A stretch of 64,000 bases of DNA from Vicugna vicugna (Eukaryota), in assembly GCA_013265495.1 (NCBI GenBank), contig MU063601.1, forward strand, positions 5,179,941-5,243,940, read 5' to 3'. Every line of letters begins with the position of its first letter. The first letter of the stretch is position 1. The notes under the pieces were generated by a model that had not been told where the DNA came from, made no database searches, and saw only the letters and a list, made by a program, of their open reading frames with translations. This document shows positions 36,066 to 49,784 of this stretch, in pieces. A program made the translations under genes and the position numbers.

Positions 36066-37139
36066 CTAAAAGGGATGCCAAGTTTAAATGCTCCTTTTAA
36101 AAATGACAACAACAACAAAAGTTGTCCTTTAGATAAAGTGATCAGGGAGGGCCTCACTGGGAAGATGACTTTTCAGTGGTGACCTGAAGGAAGCGAGGTG
36201 AGAAACAAAGCACTTCCTCGGGGAATGGGGCCCATCTGACTCTGGGCTGTCCACCTAAATTACCCATCCGCTAGGCGCCCTGAGGAACCAAGGAGGTGAT
36301 GGGAAGGTCAGAGGCCCAGGGACTCCCGAGAGTGCCTGACTGGTTGTTGGGAGGGTCCAGGAGGAAGCCAGTAGGAGGGAGGGAGGGTCCCTGGGAGTGA
36401 GTGGGCCAGGAGCCAGAAGCCACCTGCCCGGCATTTCCTGAGACCTTCTGTACTTTCCGTTTCCAGAAACCATGGAAAGTGCCCCTGTGGTCTGAGACTG
36501 AGGGGCCAGATTGGTTTCTCTGGCCAAGGACTCCAGGTCAGGTGTGAATTGCATTTCCATCCCTGCCTCCAGGTGGCAGCTCCCAAAAATTCTTCCAGAG
36601 AGTCCCCACTCTTTCCTAGTTCGAGTCACACCTCAACTTACACCCCCTGCATCCCCCTACCCACCACCTTGGTGTGGCCCCAGCAGCCTGGCTGGTTTAC
36701 TTTTGTTCTGGGGTCTCCTGTTTCTCGGGCTGGAGTGTTCACTTGCTCTCTGGACCAGCAAGTACCCAGCCTTGCACAGAGAACCATAAACTGTTGGTCC
36801 CTCCACCCCACCAAACCTTCCTCTCCCACCTGTGAAGTAGGAATTTGGAAACAAGCCTGCCTGCCTGTGAGAGTTGTTGGGAGGACTGGGACAGCCGGGA
36901 CAGCAGCCCGAGCCTCTCGGGCAGCCTCCCTCTGTGCCCGCCCTGGGCCAGCCTCGGGGGACGCAGGTCCAGGGACCCTCGGCCCCTGCCCTCAGGGAGC
37001 CCCCAGACCTATAGCTGGGGTTCAGAGGTAGGAATGCTCAGAGGAAGAGCAGGGGGAACCAGGTTTGACTTGGGAATGAGTGAATCTCCCCCCAGACCCT
37101 CCCAATCTCATTCAGTCTGGAGGCTTTTTTGATAACAGA

Positions 37140-38410
37140 ATAGGGCAAGAGACCAGGCTCCTACTTCAGTAAAGCTGCTGGGAAAATTGGGTTACCCTTT
37201 GAGAAAAAACCTTTACCTCATACCACATCAACCAGTAAACCCCAGAAGAATCAAAGAATTTAATGTCGAAGGTAGAGAGGACAGTGCTTATGGAAGGTAA
37301 CCTTTAGATACTTGTGGGGAAACCTCCCTACACATCAAAACGGCGGGAGAAATCACTAACGAGAGGTGGAACTGAAAATGCAAAACAGCGCAGTGTCAGA
37401 AAGCGAAATATAACGGCCAGTGAACTAGGAAACCCATCGCCACAAACAGGACAAGGAAAGTGTTAAGCTTGATAGAATCGAGTGGTTTTTTTTAAGGCAC
37501 TGAAACCTTCATAGAAAAGTATAAAGGACCATGAAGCCATACTTTGTGTTGGATTAGGCCAGGTGATAAACATATTAAAAGTTTCAATCTCGCCAGTAGT
37601 AGAACAAAGGCAATGAAGTTGGGAGCGTTGAAGAGCTCTCCCCCCGCCCCCGTGACAGGCGGGGTTACGGTGGTGCTGCCAGCCCCTGTGGGACTCCACA
37701 CGCATCACGATGATTCTGTCTGGAGAGATCAGTGCCCCCACGTCTGTCTCAACCCTCTGATGCAATGAAATCACTCACTGCTTCTTGGAATCTAGTCTAA
37801 GGAANNNNNNNNNNNNNNNNNNNNNNNNNNNNNNNNNNNNNNNNNNNNNNNNNNNNNNNNNNNNNNNNNNNNNNNNNNNNNNNNNNNNNNNNNNNNNNNN
37901 NNNNNNNNNNNNNNNNNNNNNNNNNNNNNNNNNNNNNNNNNNNNNNNNNNNNNNNNAACAGCGTTCTGGAAATAACAGTTTTGTCTACAAATGAAATGTC
38001 TGCAGCTCCCAAATCAGTCCTTTTTCAGCCCCCGCCGCACACGCCAATAAGAAATTAGCAGCGTCGTAAATACCCGAGAGTAAGGAGATGGATAAATAAA
38101 AGATGAGGCTTCCGTGAGTTGAAATATTTTGCCACCATTAAAAATGAAATTTATGAAGAATTTTTAATGACATAATGATATGATGTTAAATGAACAAGAA
38201 AGAGGGTACGGAAATTTTATTTTACTATCATTGCAACTGTGTAAAAACACAGTCACCTGAAAAAGGTTGCAGTAGAGAACATTCAAATGTTAATAGTGTT
38301 TTTTTCTGGCTAGTGTAACTACGGGTGATTTTTTTCTTCTATTTTATATTTTCTGTGTTCTTAAAATTTTCTATAAAGATCACGAATTACTTCCATAAAA
38401 AAACAGTATG
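37140..38410 (+). mobile_element. Ancient L1M (L1ME/MB-like) ORF2-end/3' UTR fragments
   Basis: Degenerate L1 motifs such as ttacctcataccaca, cttggaatctagtctaaggaa and ccattaaaaatgaaatttatgaaga. Confidence 0.6.
37805..37956. other. N-run, 152 nt (inside old L1)
   Basis: Directly visible. Confidence 0.99.
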
Positions 38411-38632
38411 TACCCATCCTAGCCCCCCATCCCTATATCGTGAGGATCTCTGAATAGAAGGATCAGCACAAAGGCCAAGAAGCAGGGAGGAAATAAGCCA
38501 AGGTGGCCAGAGCTTGGGGGGTGATAAGCTCTTGCGGAAAGGGATAAAGTTGGGGCCAGACCTCCTGGAGCCTTGAATGCCAGCCCCAGCAGCTTGAATT
38601 TCAGCCAGAGCCCTATCTTCTGCCCAGGTTAA

Positions 38633-38851
<219 letters not shown>

Positions 38852-39201
38852 TGAGCCCCCAGGGGTTGGGGAAGGAGGAGGGCTGTGGGGGAGGCAGGGG
38901 TGGTAGGGCAGCAGCCGAGGTCAAACAGAGGGCACTCTTGTGTGGGATTGTGGTCCTCTGCTCAACAACTGCCCCCCCCACCCCAATACTGAGTGCCTGG
39001 CAGCAAAACCTGAAGCTCTCTGTGCTTACCCCTGGGCTGTAGGAAGCCAGGAAGGAGGCTGGGAAGGGGAGACGAGAGAATCAACATGACCCCCTTCCCG
39101 CTCCCCAGAGATGACTGCCCACTGGGGATCAGGGGCTGGGAAAGTATGGATTTGCATCCTTTAAGGAGAGGAAAAAGATGGAAAAGACTTCAGAAGAGGG
39201 T

Positions 39202-39243
39202 TGTGTGTGTGTGTGTGATCGTGCGTGTGTGACTATGTGTGTG
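39202..39243 (+). repeat. (TG)8 plus degenerate TG tract
   Basis: Directly visible. Confidence 0.9.
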
Positions 39244-42200
39244 TTTGGGGGTAGAGTCCAGGTTTGTTCTACTCCACCCCACCTTCGTCTGCCAGTGGCG
39301 GAGGGAGGCAGTCATCAAAAGCAGGAGCTGCTCTGGCTGTGAGGCCAGATCCCCTCCTTGGAAATGTTCTTTGAATCTCAGTGTGTGACTTACTCAAGCC
39401 GCCCAGAGCCCAGACTCTGACCCAGGACCCACATCTCAAGATTAGCAATGCAAGTTTGATTCTGCAAATGTTTATTGAGCACCTGTTCTGTCCCGAGAGC
39501 CCTGATCTGTGCATTTTAGCATCAGAGAGAGTTTGTGTTTCATTGCTTCTGCTCACTGAATGACCGGGAATTTGCAGATTCAGATTGAGGAAACTGGGGG
39601 GCTGCTTCCACAGAGTGGGCCAGAGGCCTGTGTTCCCTGAGTGAATGAATGAAACAAAGAACCAGCTGGTCATCACTGGACTGGCTGCTTCTTGAGCTTC
39701 AACCAGAGTTCTTATCTGGACTGGCTCTACTCACAGCATGCTCAGCCTGGTGTATTAAGAGCTGCCTGGTCCTTCTGTTTGTAACTGTGGCCCTTTACAG
39801 TTTAGTAAACATTTATTGTCTCCTGGGATCCTGAGCCAAAGAGTCACCTCGGTTTCAGGGAGGAGAGAATCCAGGCTCTGAGACATTGAGAAGCTGACCA
39901 GGGCCTCACACTGTCTTGGGTGCAGGGAGGCACCCAGTCTTCCAGGAGACAGCCTTCCATTCCAATCCGTTCTAATTCCGGAGCTGAGTGGGCCTGAGGC
40001 AGGAGGACAAGCTCCTGGTCTGTCCTCAGTGCCCAGGAGGCTGAGAACAGGTGTGTGGCTGTGCCAGAGCATCACCAGTGGGGGCCCCACACCTGGCCCT
40101 GGACCGCCCTCCCTTCTTGGGTATCAGGCAGGCCTGCCTCCCCATCTGTCCAATTCCTGAGCCAGCTCCAGCACCTGGCCACTTGGGAAAGGCTCAGAGC
40201 TGAGCCCAGCAGCCTTGGAAGAATTTCCCTCCTGGCCTCTCAGGGCCACCTCCTCCAGCCTGCCCTGAGCTCCCGAGCGTCGTCATCAGGCCCACAGTTA
40301 TTCACCTCCCAGCTGGCACCTGCCCTGGCCAAATTCCTGCTGCTTCCTTCCTGATGGGATTGGATATGGATGGATATGTGCCCCTGGCCTTGGGCTTTGT
40401 GGCTCTGGACAAGTCATGCCTCCTTTTTGGCCTCAGTTTTGTCATCTGTGAACCAGGTCAGTGACCCCAAGAGTCTCAAGGTGGTGATGGCTGGGAAGCC
40501 CCTGTGGGCCATCGGCCCATGGTACAGAGAGCACAATCTGAGCCAGCTGGCCTGGCTGGGGGACCTTGGGCAAGTCCCTGACCTCTCTGGGCCTCAGCTC
40601 CCTCCTTCAGGAAGTGGGATGATACCACGCAGCCTGCAGGCCTGGAGATCAGTGATGGCATGCGGCTAGCATCTGTCTGTAGCAGAGGGAGGGTCCTTGT
40701 GAGTCACTGGATCTGTGGTGTTCTGTCATCCCTAGTAGCTGGCCACCACCCTGCACTCCCACCACGACCACCACCATTAGTCAATGGTGAACCTCTTTTT
40801 ATCAACATCAGGGTGGCTGCTGAGAAACCCAGGTCATTGTAATAGAGGTATCACATCTCTGTTGAAGGAGGTGGTATCTTTCTCTAAGCCTCTAGGAGCA
40901 GATTCAGTATGAACAGGAGCCACAGGCTCAATGTGATGATGAGCACTTAGGAGCCACTCCACAAAGCAGGGAGCACATGGTGTGTAGAGGCATGCAAGCT
41001 GGGTCTTAGAGCAGGTTGTCAGGCTCCCAGGGGCCAGGTGATGCTTGGAATCTCTCAGGGTTCAGCCTTGCCCAGCCCAGAGCTGCCCACCCTCCCCTAC
41101 TGAGACTGCTGGATGAGGGTGGAGAAGCCCTGCCCTTGGGAGCCCCCAGTCATGTCCTTACCAGCTCTTCTCCCCTGAGGTCCCCAGACCTGAGACAGCC
41201 ACTTCTTGGGGGAAGGGGAGGAAGTCAGGCCCAGAGATGAGCCAGAGTCAGAGGCCAGCCCTGCTGCATGACCTGAGACAGATCAGTGGTTTTAAAGTGA
41301 TTTGTTGAAACAAAATCTTAGCAGTAGCTCATTTATAGAAAATAGCAGATATGGGAGGGGATGCTTCTCCTGGTCTCCCAAACTAAGCACCTGCTTGCTC
41401 TGGCCTCGCCCACTCTGGCCCTCAGGTCAGATCTCACCAACACCTGGGTTCCAGCCCCAACCTGGCCTTCACTCTGTGATTATGGGCAAATCCTCCTCCT
41501 TTCCGGACTTCCTGCCTATGAGTGATAAGAGGCCAGCTCAGCCACTGCTGGTCACTGAGCGCTCCCTGTGGGCCAGGCCCTGTGCAGAGTCTCCTCATTG
41601 ATCCTCAACAACCCCCAGAGGAGACGGGCCAGGAGGCAAGTCACTTGCCCAAGGGTGAGCTTTGGTGCACCCCAGGGGCTCCAGCCTGGGGTTCAGGGAA
41701 GCAAGGGCCACTTGGAGGGACCTTGCCACCTCAGTGTGCTCATCTGTAAGATGGGCGTGATACTAGCCTCTGCTCTGGGAGGTGAGCTTTAAGTGAGTTT
41801 CTAGCTGCCCGTCCAGCTGGAAGTGGGTTATTAATAGCGTTTCCCTTCTGTTCTTTTCTCCTGCTCTGTGACCCCCGACCCCACATGAAGGCTGAGCCTC
41901 TTGTGCGGAGCGGTGGAGGTAGAGGCTGGCCCTGGGAGCCAAGGAGTGGGCGCCTGCAGGTCCCCGAGGCCCGGCTGTGGGTTCTGTGGCCAGGTCGTTC
42001 CCCTCCGCTGCCCTGCTGAGCGTGCCCGGTCTGCAGCCAGGTGGCCGGCTGGGTTTGAAGGCTGGCTTGGTGGCTTCCTGCCTGTGTGGCCTCCTCGGTT
42101 TCTGAGGTTCTCGGTGTCGATGTCCCTCCTAGTCACTGGGGGCTGGTTAAGAAGCAGGTGGAGCAGGATCCAGGACACGGGCAGGAGGTGGTGCAGCACC

Positions 42201-42529
42201 CGGCGATCCTGGTGTGGAACCCGGTTTGGGAACCGCTCACCCCGTCTCCCAGGGCACAGTACCTGGAAGGGCAGGACACAGGTTCTTCAGGGCTGCCAGA
42301 GGCAGAGGGGCGGCTCTGGTATCTTGCCTGGGGGCTTTTTCTTCCCCAAAATGTACATGAGATGATTTCAACAAGTATTTTCCTGGGTAGCTACCGTGTG
42401 TCAGGCACTGTTCTGGAAGCTGGGTACCCCACACAAAACCCAACAAACGGGCTGTGGCCCTCTTGGTTCTCTAGGGGTGACAGCAGGGGTGGGGAGAGAT
42501 GGTAAACTGTGCTGTTGTCACCGTGGCCC

Positions 42530-43040
42530 ACAAGGCCCAATCTTGTCTGTGCCCATTACCCCTCTGCCTTCCTCTCAGACACCCTCCTCCTCCTTGCTTA
42601 CCCAACTCTGGCCACCCTGGCCTCCTAGCCAGTCTTTGAACTGGGCAGCCACATTTATGCCTCAGGGCCTTTGCACTGCTATTCCCTCCAACCTGAGACA
42701 CTTTCTCCCAGATACCCCCAGATGTATTGCTCACTCCTTCCCACCTTAGAGTCTTTGCTCATGCTTCTCAGTGAGCCCTTCCCTGACACATTGTTTCAGA
42801 TCACACACACAGGCATCCCCCAACCCTGCTTTTACTTCCCAGCTTTAATTTTATTTATCACTTTCATTTATTCATTCACTCATTCATTTCATTTATTTTT
42901 CATCTTCCCTGACTGCTGTATATGCTCCGCAGGGCAGGGATTCTGTCCTCTGCTTTGCCAGGCACTGGTGTAGACCCTGGAACACAGATGTGAGCACTTA
43001 GTAGGTGCTCAGGAAATATTTGTTGAATGGATAAGTGAGG
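42530..43040 (+). mobile_element. L2 3' region (about 500 bp)
   Basis: cctcagggcctttgcactgct...agtaggtgctcaggaaatatttgttgaatg. Confidence 0.8.
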
Positions 43041-46000
43041 TAAACAAATGATTAGTTTAATTTCAGGCTATGAGAAGTCCTATGAAGAATACTGAAGCTG
43101 GGGGAAGGGAGGAGAGCGAGGGGATGGGACTCACAGGAGGAGGGGGAACAAGGGAGGCCTCCTGAAGAGGTGACATTTGAGCAGAGGCCTGAGGGAGGTG
43201 AGCAGCCACTGTGGCTACTGGGGGCAGGAAAAGTGACCCTAAGCTGGCAGCTAAATTGTGGCCATCCGGCCATCCTAAAGTTGCCGCAGTTCCGTCCTCA
43301 GCTCCAGGTGTGGGGATTGGAGGGATGACCAGGTTGAGACAACTGCTCCCCACCCCTGGCTCCTAGGTCCCCTCTTCCCCGGGGGAGTGTGCCTAGCAAG
43401 AGGGAAGGGGTTAGCCTCAGACCTCCCGGGTTCCCTGAATCAACCCCAGGCCGCTGGAAGCCCCAGCTGTGGCCCTGGGAAGGGGCTAGTTGCCTCCCTG
43501 CCCGCTGGCGCTCCTGCTAGCCCGGTTCTCTGCCCAGCCACCAAGCAGCTTCCGTCTGCTCACAGGGGGCCGATTCATGGCAGACCACCCCGGGCCCAGT
43601 ACCAGCTTGCGATTCCATGCGGCTGTTAAGAGTTGGGTGTAAATCTCCTGACAGGCCGCAGAGCGGGCCTTGGGCCTGGGTGCCCCACCCCAGGGCTGGG
43701 CAGACAGTGGCTGCTGTGTCTGGGTTGTGGCTGCACCAGGGCCAGGCCCAACAACCAAGGAGGTGGCCGAGGGGCCCCACAGTGGGGCCCACATTGTTCC
43801 CTGCAGGCCAAGCTGCTCCTGTGGCCCTGCCCAGTGCTGCTCTCCCTGCTCCCTGCCCTCGTTGGCCTCCTGCCCCTTCGCACCCAGCTGCAGCAGGACC
43901 CTGAGCTGGCCTCTTGCCAGTCGGACTTCACTGCCAAGGAACCCAGCTCTCCTCTCTTGGAGGTCTTGGGAAGCCAAGACCTTAGCAGGCAAACTCCATG
44001 CAATATGCTGACCATTCTAGGTTTGACCTTTATCATGTGCCTCCACTTTTCCATCTGTAAAATGAATGTGATGGTAGTGGCCCCTCAGAGGGTCGTGGCC
44101 CTTGGAAACGATATATGTGTCCCACCTGGCACAGTGCTCAGCATGTCGTGGATGCCTGCTCAAGTGGTTGCCACTCTCATCACAGGGGCTTGTGTTGGGC
44201 CAGCGTGAAGGCAGGGAGATGGCCTTGATGGCCTCTGGGTTTCCCCTCAAAGCACCAGGTGCCTGGCAAGTGTGCGGACCCAGGACTGGCCTAGCTGGTG
44301 ATGCCCTGGGAATGGTGGTAAGGTAGCCCCGCCCAGAATCTAGCCCTTGTCCTCAAGCTCCTGCTGGTGTGACCCTGGGTGAATCACCCACCTGGCTGGA
44401 CCCCACTCTGATCCTTCTCACACACTTGCAACTTTGGGCAACCCACGGTCTAGGTGAATTGAGGAGGAGTTGTGAACCCAGTACGCCTTCTTTGACGGTT
44501 AGGTCCAGGCGGGCTGTTTAATTCTTGCAATCTGTTCACACCCTCTGGATTTAGGGTGTGATACCCATTTCACAGATGGGACAACCGAGGCCCAGAAGGA
44601 GAGAGCGACCTGCCCAGATCACCAGTGGGTAAGAGCTGTAGGGACAGGCCTTTGCCAATGGGCCCTGGAGGGTCATAAATGAGGGTCAGAGCACTAATCA
44701 AGGTGACATTGGAGCTGTCAGTAAGTTGAGCTCAGCTGCTGGAGGCTTGATGGGCAGCCCAAGCCAGGTCCAGAGGGCCAAGGTAGGGCCTTCCCGAGGC
44801 AGTCCCCATCCTCCCCACAAAGCACTCTGCTTTGAAACGCTTGGGGCCTGTCCTCCAGGTCATCCTCACCTCAGGGGTTAGACAATGTGATACCCACTTG
44901 ACAGGTGTAGAAACTGAAGTCCAGAGGAGGAGAGGGACTTAGTGGGTTAGAACAGGATGTGATTAGAGGGTTAGACTCTTAGCACTGAGCTTTAGAGCAG
45001 GGCAGGGCTGCTGGTGGAGTCCACTGAGACCCTCTCATCTTCTTCCCAGGCCCACCCTCCTGCATCTGCAGGGAGCAGCTTTGGGCCCTGAGCCTGGGCT
45101 GGGCCCTAACATCCTTTGTTTGGAGCCCAATTTTCCAAAACCAGGCTCTTTTCCTGCAGGATGGGCTCCAGGAAGACACCGTGGCTAGATGCCTTCTGTG
45201 TGGGACTTTGAGCATGTCGCTGACCATCATTGAGCCTCAGTTTTCTCACCTGTGAACTGGGGACAGTGGTAGACCTCCCTCATGGGGATAATGCAGGTGA
45301 AAGAATGCAGAGCATGTCAGCTGCTTAGACACTGGAGTGGAGGAAGTATTCTGTAAAAGTCAGCTGCTGTTTTATTTCCGTTCCTGCTAGTACTGCTCTT
45401 AGCCTGCAGAGGTTCTGGGGGAAGGGGGCTTCCTGGAGGAGGGGCTCTCAGGATGAGCCCCAAAGGCAGGAAGGCATTCCTGACAGGGGCCATGCCTGAG
45501 CTGCAGCTCTGAAGTATGGGAGGCAGAGAATCCTTGGGACCAGCAGCAGCAAGAGGAGGTGACGGGAGGGCCCCGGCGCAAGCAGCCCTGCCTCCCCTCC
45601 ACTCTGTCTCCCTTCCTTCTGGGGGCCCTTGTCTGGCCAGTGGCTGATTCTTGCAATCAAGTCAGGGACTTTCAAAGCTCAAAGGGCCTCAGTGAGCAGG
45701 TTGTGCAGAGGGGAAACTGAGGTATGGCATAAAAGGACTGGGCCCCTGTTGACCAAGTGAGCCAGGCCAGGGCTCCCCACCCAGCTTTCACTGTGGGCAG
45801 CCGAATGAAAGAGATCTTTTCTGAAGGCCCATCTTCTTTCCTCGGGCACAGGAAGTTCCGTTCTGCTCCCAGTGTGAAAGCCAACCCCGTGGCTCTGAGA
45901 CTCTCTGGCGCCCTGGCCACGTGTCGCCGCCTTGGCCCCCCTTGGCCCCTCCCTGGCCGTGGCTCCAGCGTTCCACAGCAACAGGGAAGCAAGTCCCAAA

Positions 46001-47084
46001 GTGCTGTTAAAACTCCCCCCTCCAGGAAGTCTGCCCTACGTGGAGGCAGAATAGCCCATGGTGGGAGTGTGTGCTCTGAGGCCACATTACCTCCTTTGTA
46101 TCTCAGGGCAGCCGCTTAGCATAAGACTCATCTTGAAGCCTCAGTGGCCCCATCTGTAAAGTGGGGCCAAAAGGAGAGTGTCAGGAGAAAAAGCAGTGGA
46201 CTCAGAGTCGGGGCCTGGGTGCCAATGCTGGCTCTGCTGTCCTGGCTGTGTGTCCCAGACTGAACTTACCATCCTGGCCTCAGTGCCCTGGTCTCTATGT
46301 GGGGGTATAATCCTGCCTCCCTTGGCACCAGCTAGTGTAGAAGTGACCTTGCAGATGACAGTGACCTGTGCGGGTGAGGAGAGTCCAGAGACCTTGTTTG
46401 GCCAGCACCATGACCTGTGAGGGCACCACGATGTGGACACTGTGGCTTGGGGTGGGGCAAAGGGGTGTGACTTGAGTGAGGCCACTAGGCTGCAAGCGGC
46501 AAAGCCCATCCTCGAACCCAGGCCAGCTGTGAACCCCGCCCTCCTTCCGCTGGGCCACAGGAGTATCTGTAAACACTTTGTACACAGTGTGACTCAGAAA
46601 CGGGACTTTATTCACCAGTGGTGATGATAACAAGGCCTGAGGTTTTGCACCAGCTTTTGTGTAGCCCCATTGGCTCATGTCAGGCTTGTGGTTGACTAAG
46701 ACACCCAGATCCTCTGCACCCAAGCTGCTGTCAGGTCAGTCTGCGGTCTCCAGAGCTATCCAGCCGGCTTCCTGCCTGTTGAGATTGTTCTGAATTCATT
46801 CGTGCCCCAGCTCATCCAAATTGCCCTGCCATTTTCAGTGGCCTCAGCAACAAGGGCAGTTTCCTCCAAGGCCTGTCAGGACTGGGGCCTAACCCTGCGG
46901 CACTCCCCCAGAGCCTGCCTCCTGAGGGGTATCCATCACCCAGTCCTCGGTGGCTAAGGTTAGACAACCAACCAGAAAAGGATATCTCAGACTTGGAGAT
47001 TGCAAACTTGCAGCCCCTGGGCAGGACACGTCCTATAAAGTGGGTGGGTTATTTGTTGTTGTTGTTGTATTCAGTATTTGAATT

Positions 47085-47300
47085 AATTGCCAACATGTAA
47101 AATCTGGGAGATTTCACATAAAAGCTGGTTTTTGGCTTCTGGTAAATTAGAAGCTCTGGCAACACTGGGCCCACCCCAAGCAAGGCGCCAGTCAGCTGGA
47201 CTGGATGGCAACTGCCCCTTCTACAAGGCATACCCTCTCCAGCCTGCCCCAGTCCCCACCCATCCCACATGCTTCATTTATGTGACTTGCCCGGTCCCCA
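47085..47300. mobile_element. Ancient hAT-Tip100 (MamTip2-like) fragment
   Basis: attgccaacatgtaaaatctgggagatttcacataaaa...agaagctctggcaacactgggcc. Confidence 0.5.
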
Positions 47301-48722
47301 TAGTCATCTGAGTTTGCAGCCCCAGCTCCAGCCAGAGCCACCTCAGTCCACAGTTTCCCTGTTGCCAAGGATCCTGGGAGAGAGCAGCGGGGTTGGGGGG
47401 TGCCTGGCTGGGGGCCAGATGGTCTCATTTTGGCTGCCAAGCGTCCCATGGGCTCGGGCCTGGGGCCTCCTCAGAAAGTGGGTTCCCTGGTCCTTGGTGA
47501 CTTGCTGAGCCCACTGTGGCTCCCAGGGAAACCTGTTGCATCTCTGAGGGCTCTCAGAGGCCTATTTGAGCTTGTGGCTAGGATGTGCAATGAGCCTGGG
47601 GGTCTGCGGGTACCCGAATCCCTTGCATCCACATTTTGAAAATCAGAAATCAGGCCCATTCTGAAGCCTCCAGCTCTGTCCCCTCATTCCCATTAGCAGT
47701 GAAGAGTCATCTCACATTTTTCCAGGCCCCCAGGATGACATCTTCGAAGCCTCAGGAAGCACGGTGTGTTTTATTTTACCTCCCACCTACTTCTCTCTTC
47801 TCTCGCTCTCAATCTAGAAACTTTCACATGTCACTGCAGACCCCAGGACTCAGGCAAGCCTTTCCATCTCCCCTAGCCCCTCCCTAACGCTTTGCTTCCA
47901 GGGATCCTAGATCTTGGAGATCCTTCCCCCTTCTCACTGTGTGACCTCAGGCAAGACTTTTCACCACTCTGAGCCGCGGTTCTCTTGTCTATAAAAAGAA
48001 GACTTGGCCAGCCTGCCTGCCTGGCCTCCTCCCTCAAGGATGGGGTGGAGCAGAATGGGCCAGCCTTCGCCAACAGGCTGATCAGTGGAAGGCTGTTCAT
48101 CCCTCGCAGTGAGCAGTCTATTCAAATGTCTGCCCTGGAGAAATCCCCCGACACAAGAAGGTTTGTGATCAGAGACTTTCTTGGGAATGTCTCATGCGAG
48201 GGAATAATGGAGGTAAAACAGCCTAAGTGTCCATCTGAGAGGAACAGCTGAGTGGACAGCGGCCTCCAGTGGATGTGACAAGCAGGAGTGAGGGACACCC
48301 ACGGGCTTAGCAGTGCTACCCTCCTCCCACTAGTGATCCTCACTGTGTCCCAGGTGGGCTCCCAGGGTTTCCCAGGAACTCTGTTGTTTCTGTGGGGCTG
48401 GGTCACTCTCCCCATCTTACAGATAAGCAAACTGAGATGGCCCCCCAGGGTGTGCTACTCAAGGAGCAAATTACAGAATGATACAACCAGGCTGAGACCA
48501 TTCCAGAAAGTTCCATGAGAAGCTTGCTCTGTTTAACATGTATGAAAAGACAAAAAAAGGGGTGGGGGGAGCTCGAAAGAGAGACCTCCAAATTGATCAC
48601 ATGGGTATTTCTAGGCAGGGATTGAGAGTGGGTCAGGGGAGCCATTAGCCTTACCTGTAACGCTTTTATTTTTGTAGATATTCACGTGTTGCTTGTGAAA
48701 TCTAAAAGGAGTAATTGAAAAA

Positions 48723-48755
<33 letters not shown>

Positions 48756-48760
48756 TGTGT
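48723..48760 (+). repeat. (GT)13 AT (GT)5 microsatellite
   Basis: Directly visible. Confidence 0.95.
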
Positions 48761-49625
48761 TGGTCCCTGCAAGTTAATGTCATTTGAGAAGCCTTGAGGG
48801 TGGCCTTGGCTGGCTGCTTGACGGCAGAGCCTGGCCACCTTGACCCTGCCAGCACCTCTGAGGTCTTGGAGGCGAGGCTGGGGTCCATCTGGTGTGGGCC
48901 ATGGCAGAGGGATAATGAGAAAGGCTGGCAGTTTCTCCAGGTGTGATGTCTCAAGCCAGGTACACTGGTCCCCTGTACCCAGCTTCTGGACAGAGATGGG
49001 AGTCCAGCCCCTCACATAGTGCCCCACACCACTTCCCAGCATCCTGCTGAGTTTCCCCTCCTGTCTGAGGCCCAGAGAAGAGAAGACATGTTCTGGGTTC
49101 CCTGGGCAGCTCCAGGCTGGAGGAGCCCACATTCCCATTCCAGGGCCGTCCCCCATTACCCTCGCAGGTGTGTGGCGGGAGCGACGCTGGGAGGCAGATG
49201 GTAGCAGCAGCCCTGCGTTCTCTCCCTGACTCCCACAGGAGCCTGCTTGAGCCCCTTTCTCATGCCTACTGCCTCAGATTCTCTTTCTGCCAAAAAGTGT
49301 ATCGTAGAGGTTCAGGTCACAGGTTTTGATTTGAAACTGCACATTCAAATCTTGACCCCCACAACTCCAGGCTCTGTGGCCTGGAGCCCCTCTCTGAGGG
49401 TCACCTATGGAATAAGTGAGTATTCCTGCTCACAGGTCAGAGTGAGATCATGGCAGCGCCAGGGTGGCACATACTGACCATTCTCTGTTCAGAAAAGAGG
49501 TTGGTGGTGACCTACCCTGCAGAGACCTAAGGTTGGACCTCACGGAGAACTTCCCAGCAGAACAAGGCATTTCTGTCCCCCTGAGACTCAGGAACCAGCT
49601 GCTCATAGGCTCCCATGCTCTGCAG

Positions 49626-49784
49626 GCCATCGGCAGAAGCTGGAGGACCAGACCAAGGCGTTCCCCGACCGCTTCGGGGAACTGGAGCGTCTGCGCATGC
49701 GGGTGACGCCAAGCACGCCCAGCCCCCGCGGCTCACTTAGCACCACGAGCCACTTCAGCAGCCAGGCCCAGACCCCCATCCAAG
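49626..49784 (+). CDS. RUNX3: RUNX3 post-Runt exon (159 nt, NLS region)
   Basis: Acceptor atgctctgcag|GC; encodes (R)HRQKLEDQTKAFPDRFGELERLRMRVTPSTPSPRGSLSTTSHFSSQAQTPIQ plus one base; donor G|GTACGG (phase 1). Confidence 0.96.

Noticed and set aside
39420-39850. Opposed L2 3' ends as a possible miR-28/151-type hairpin
   Set aside because: Fragments are short, diverged and about 150 nt apart; no extended complementarity seen.
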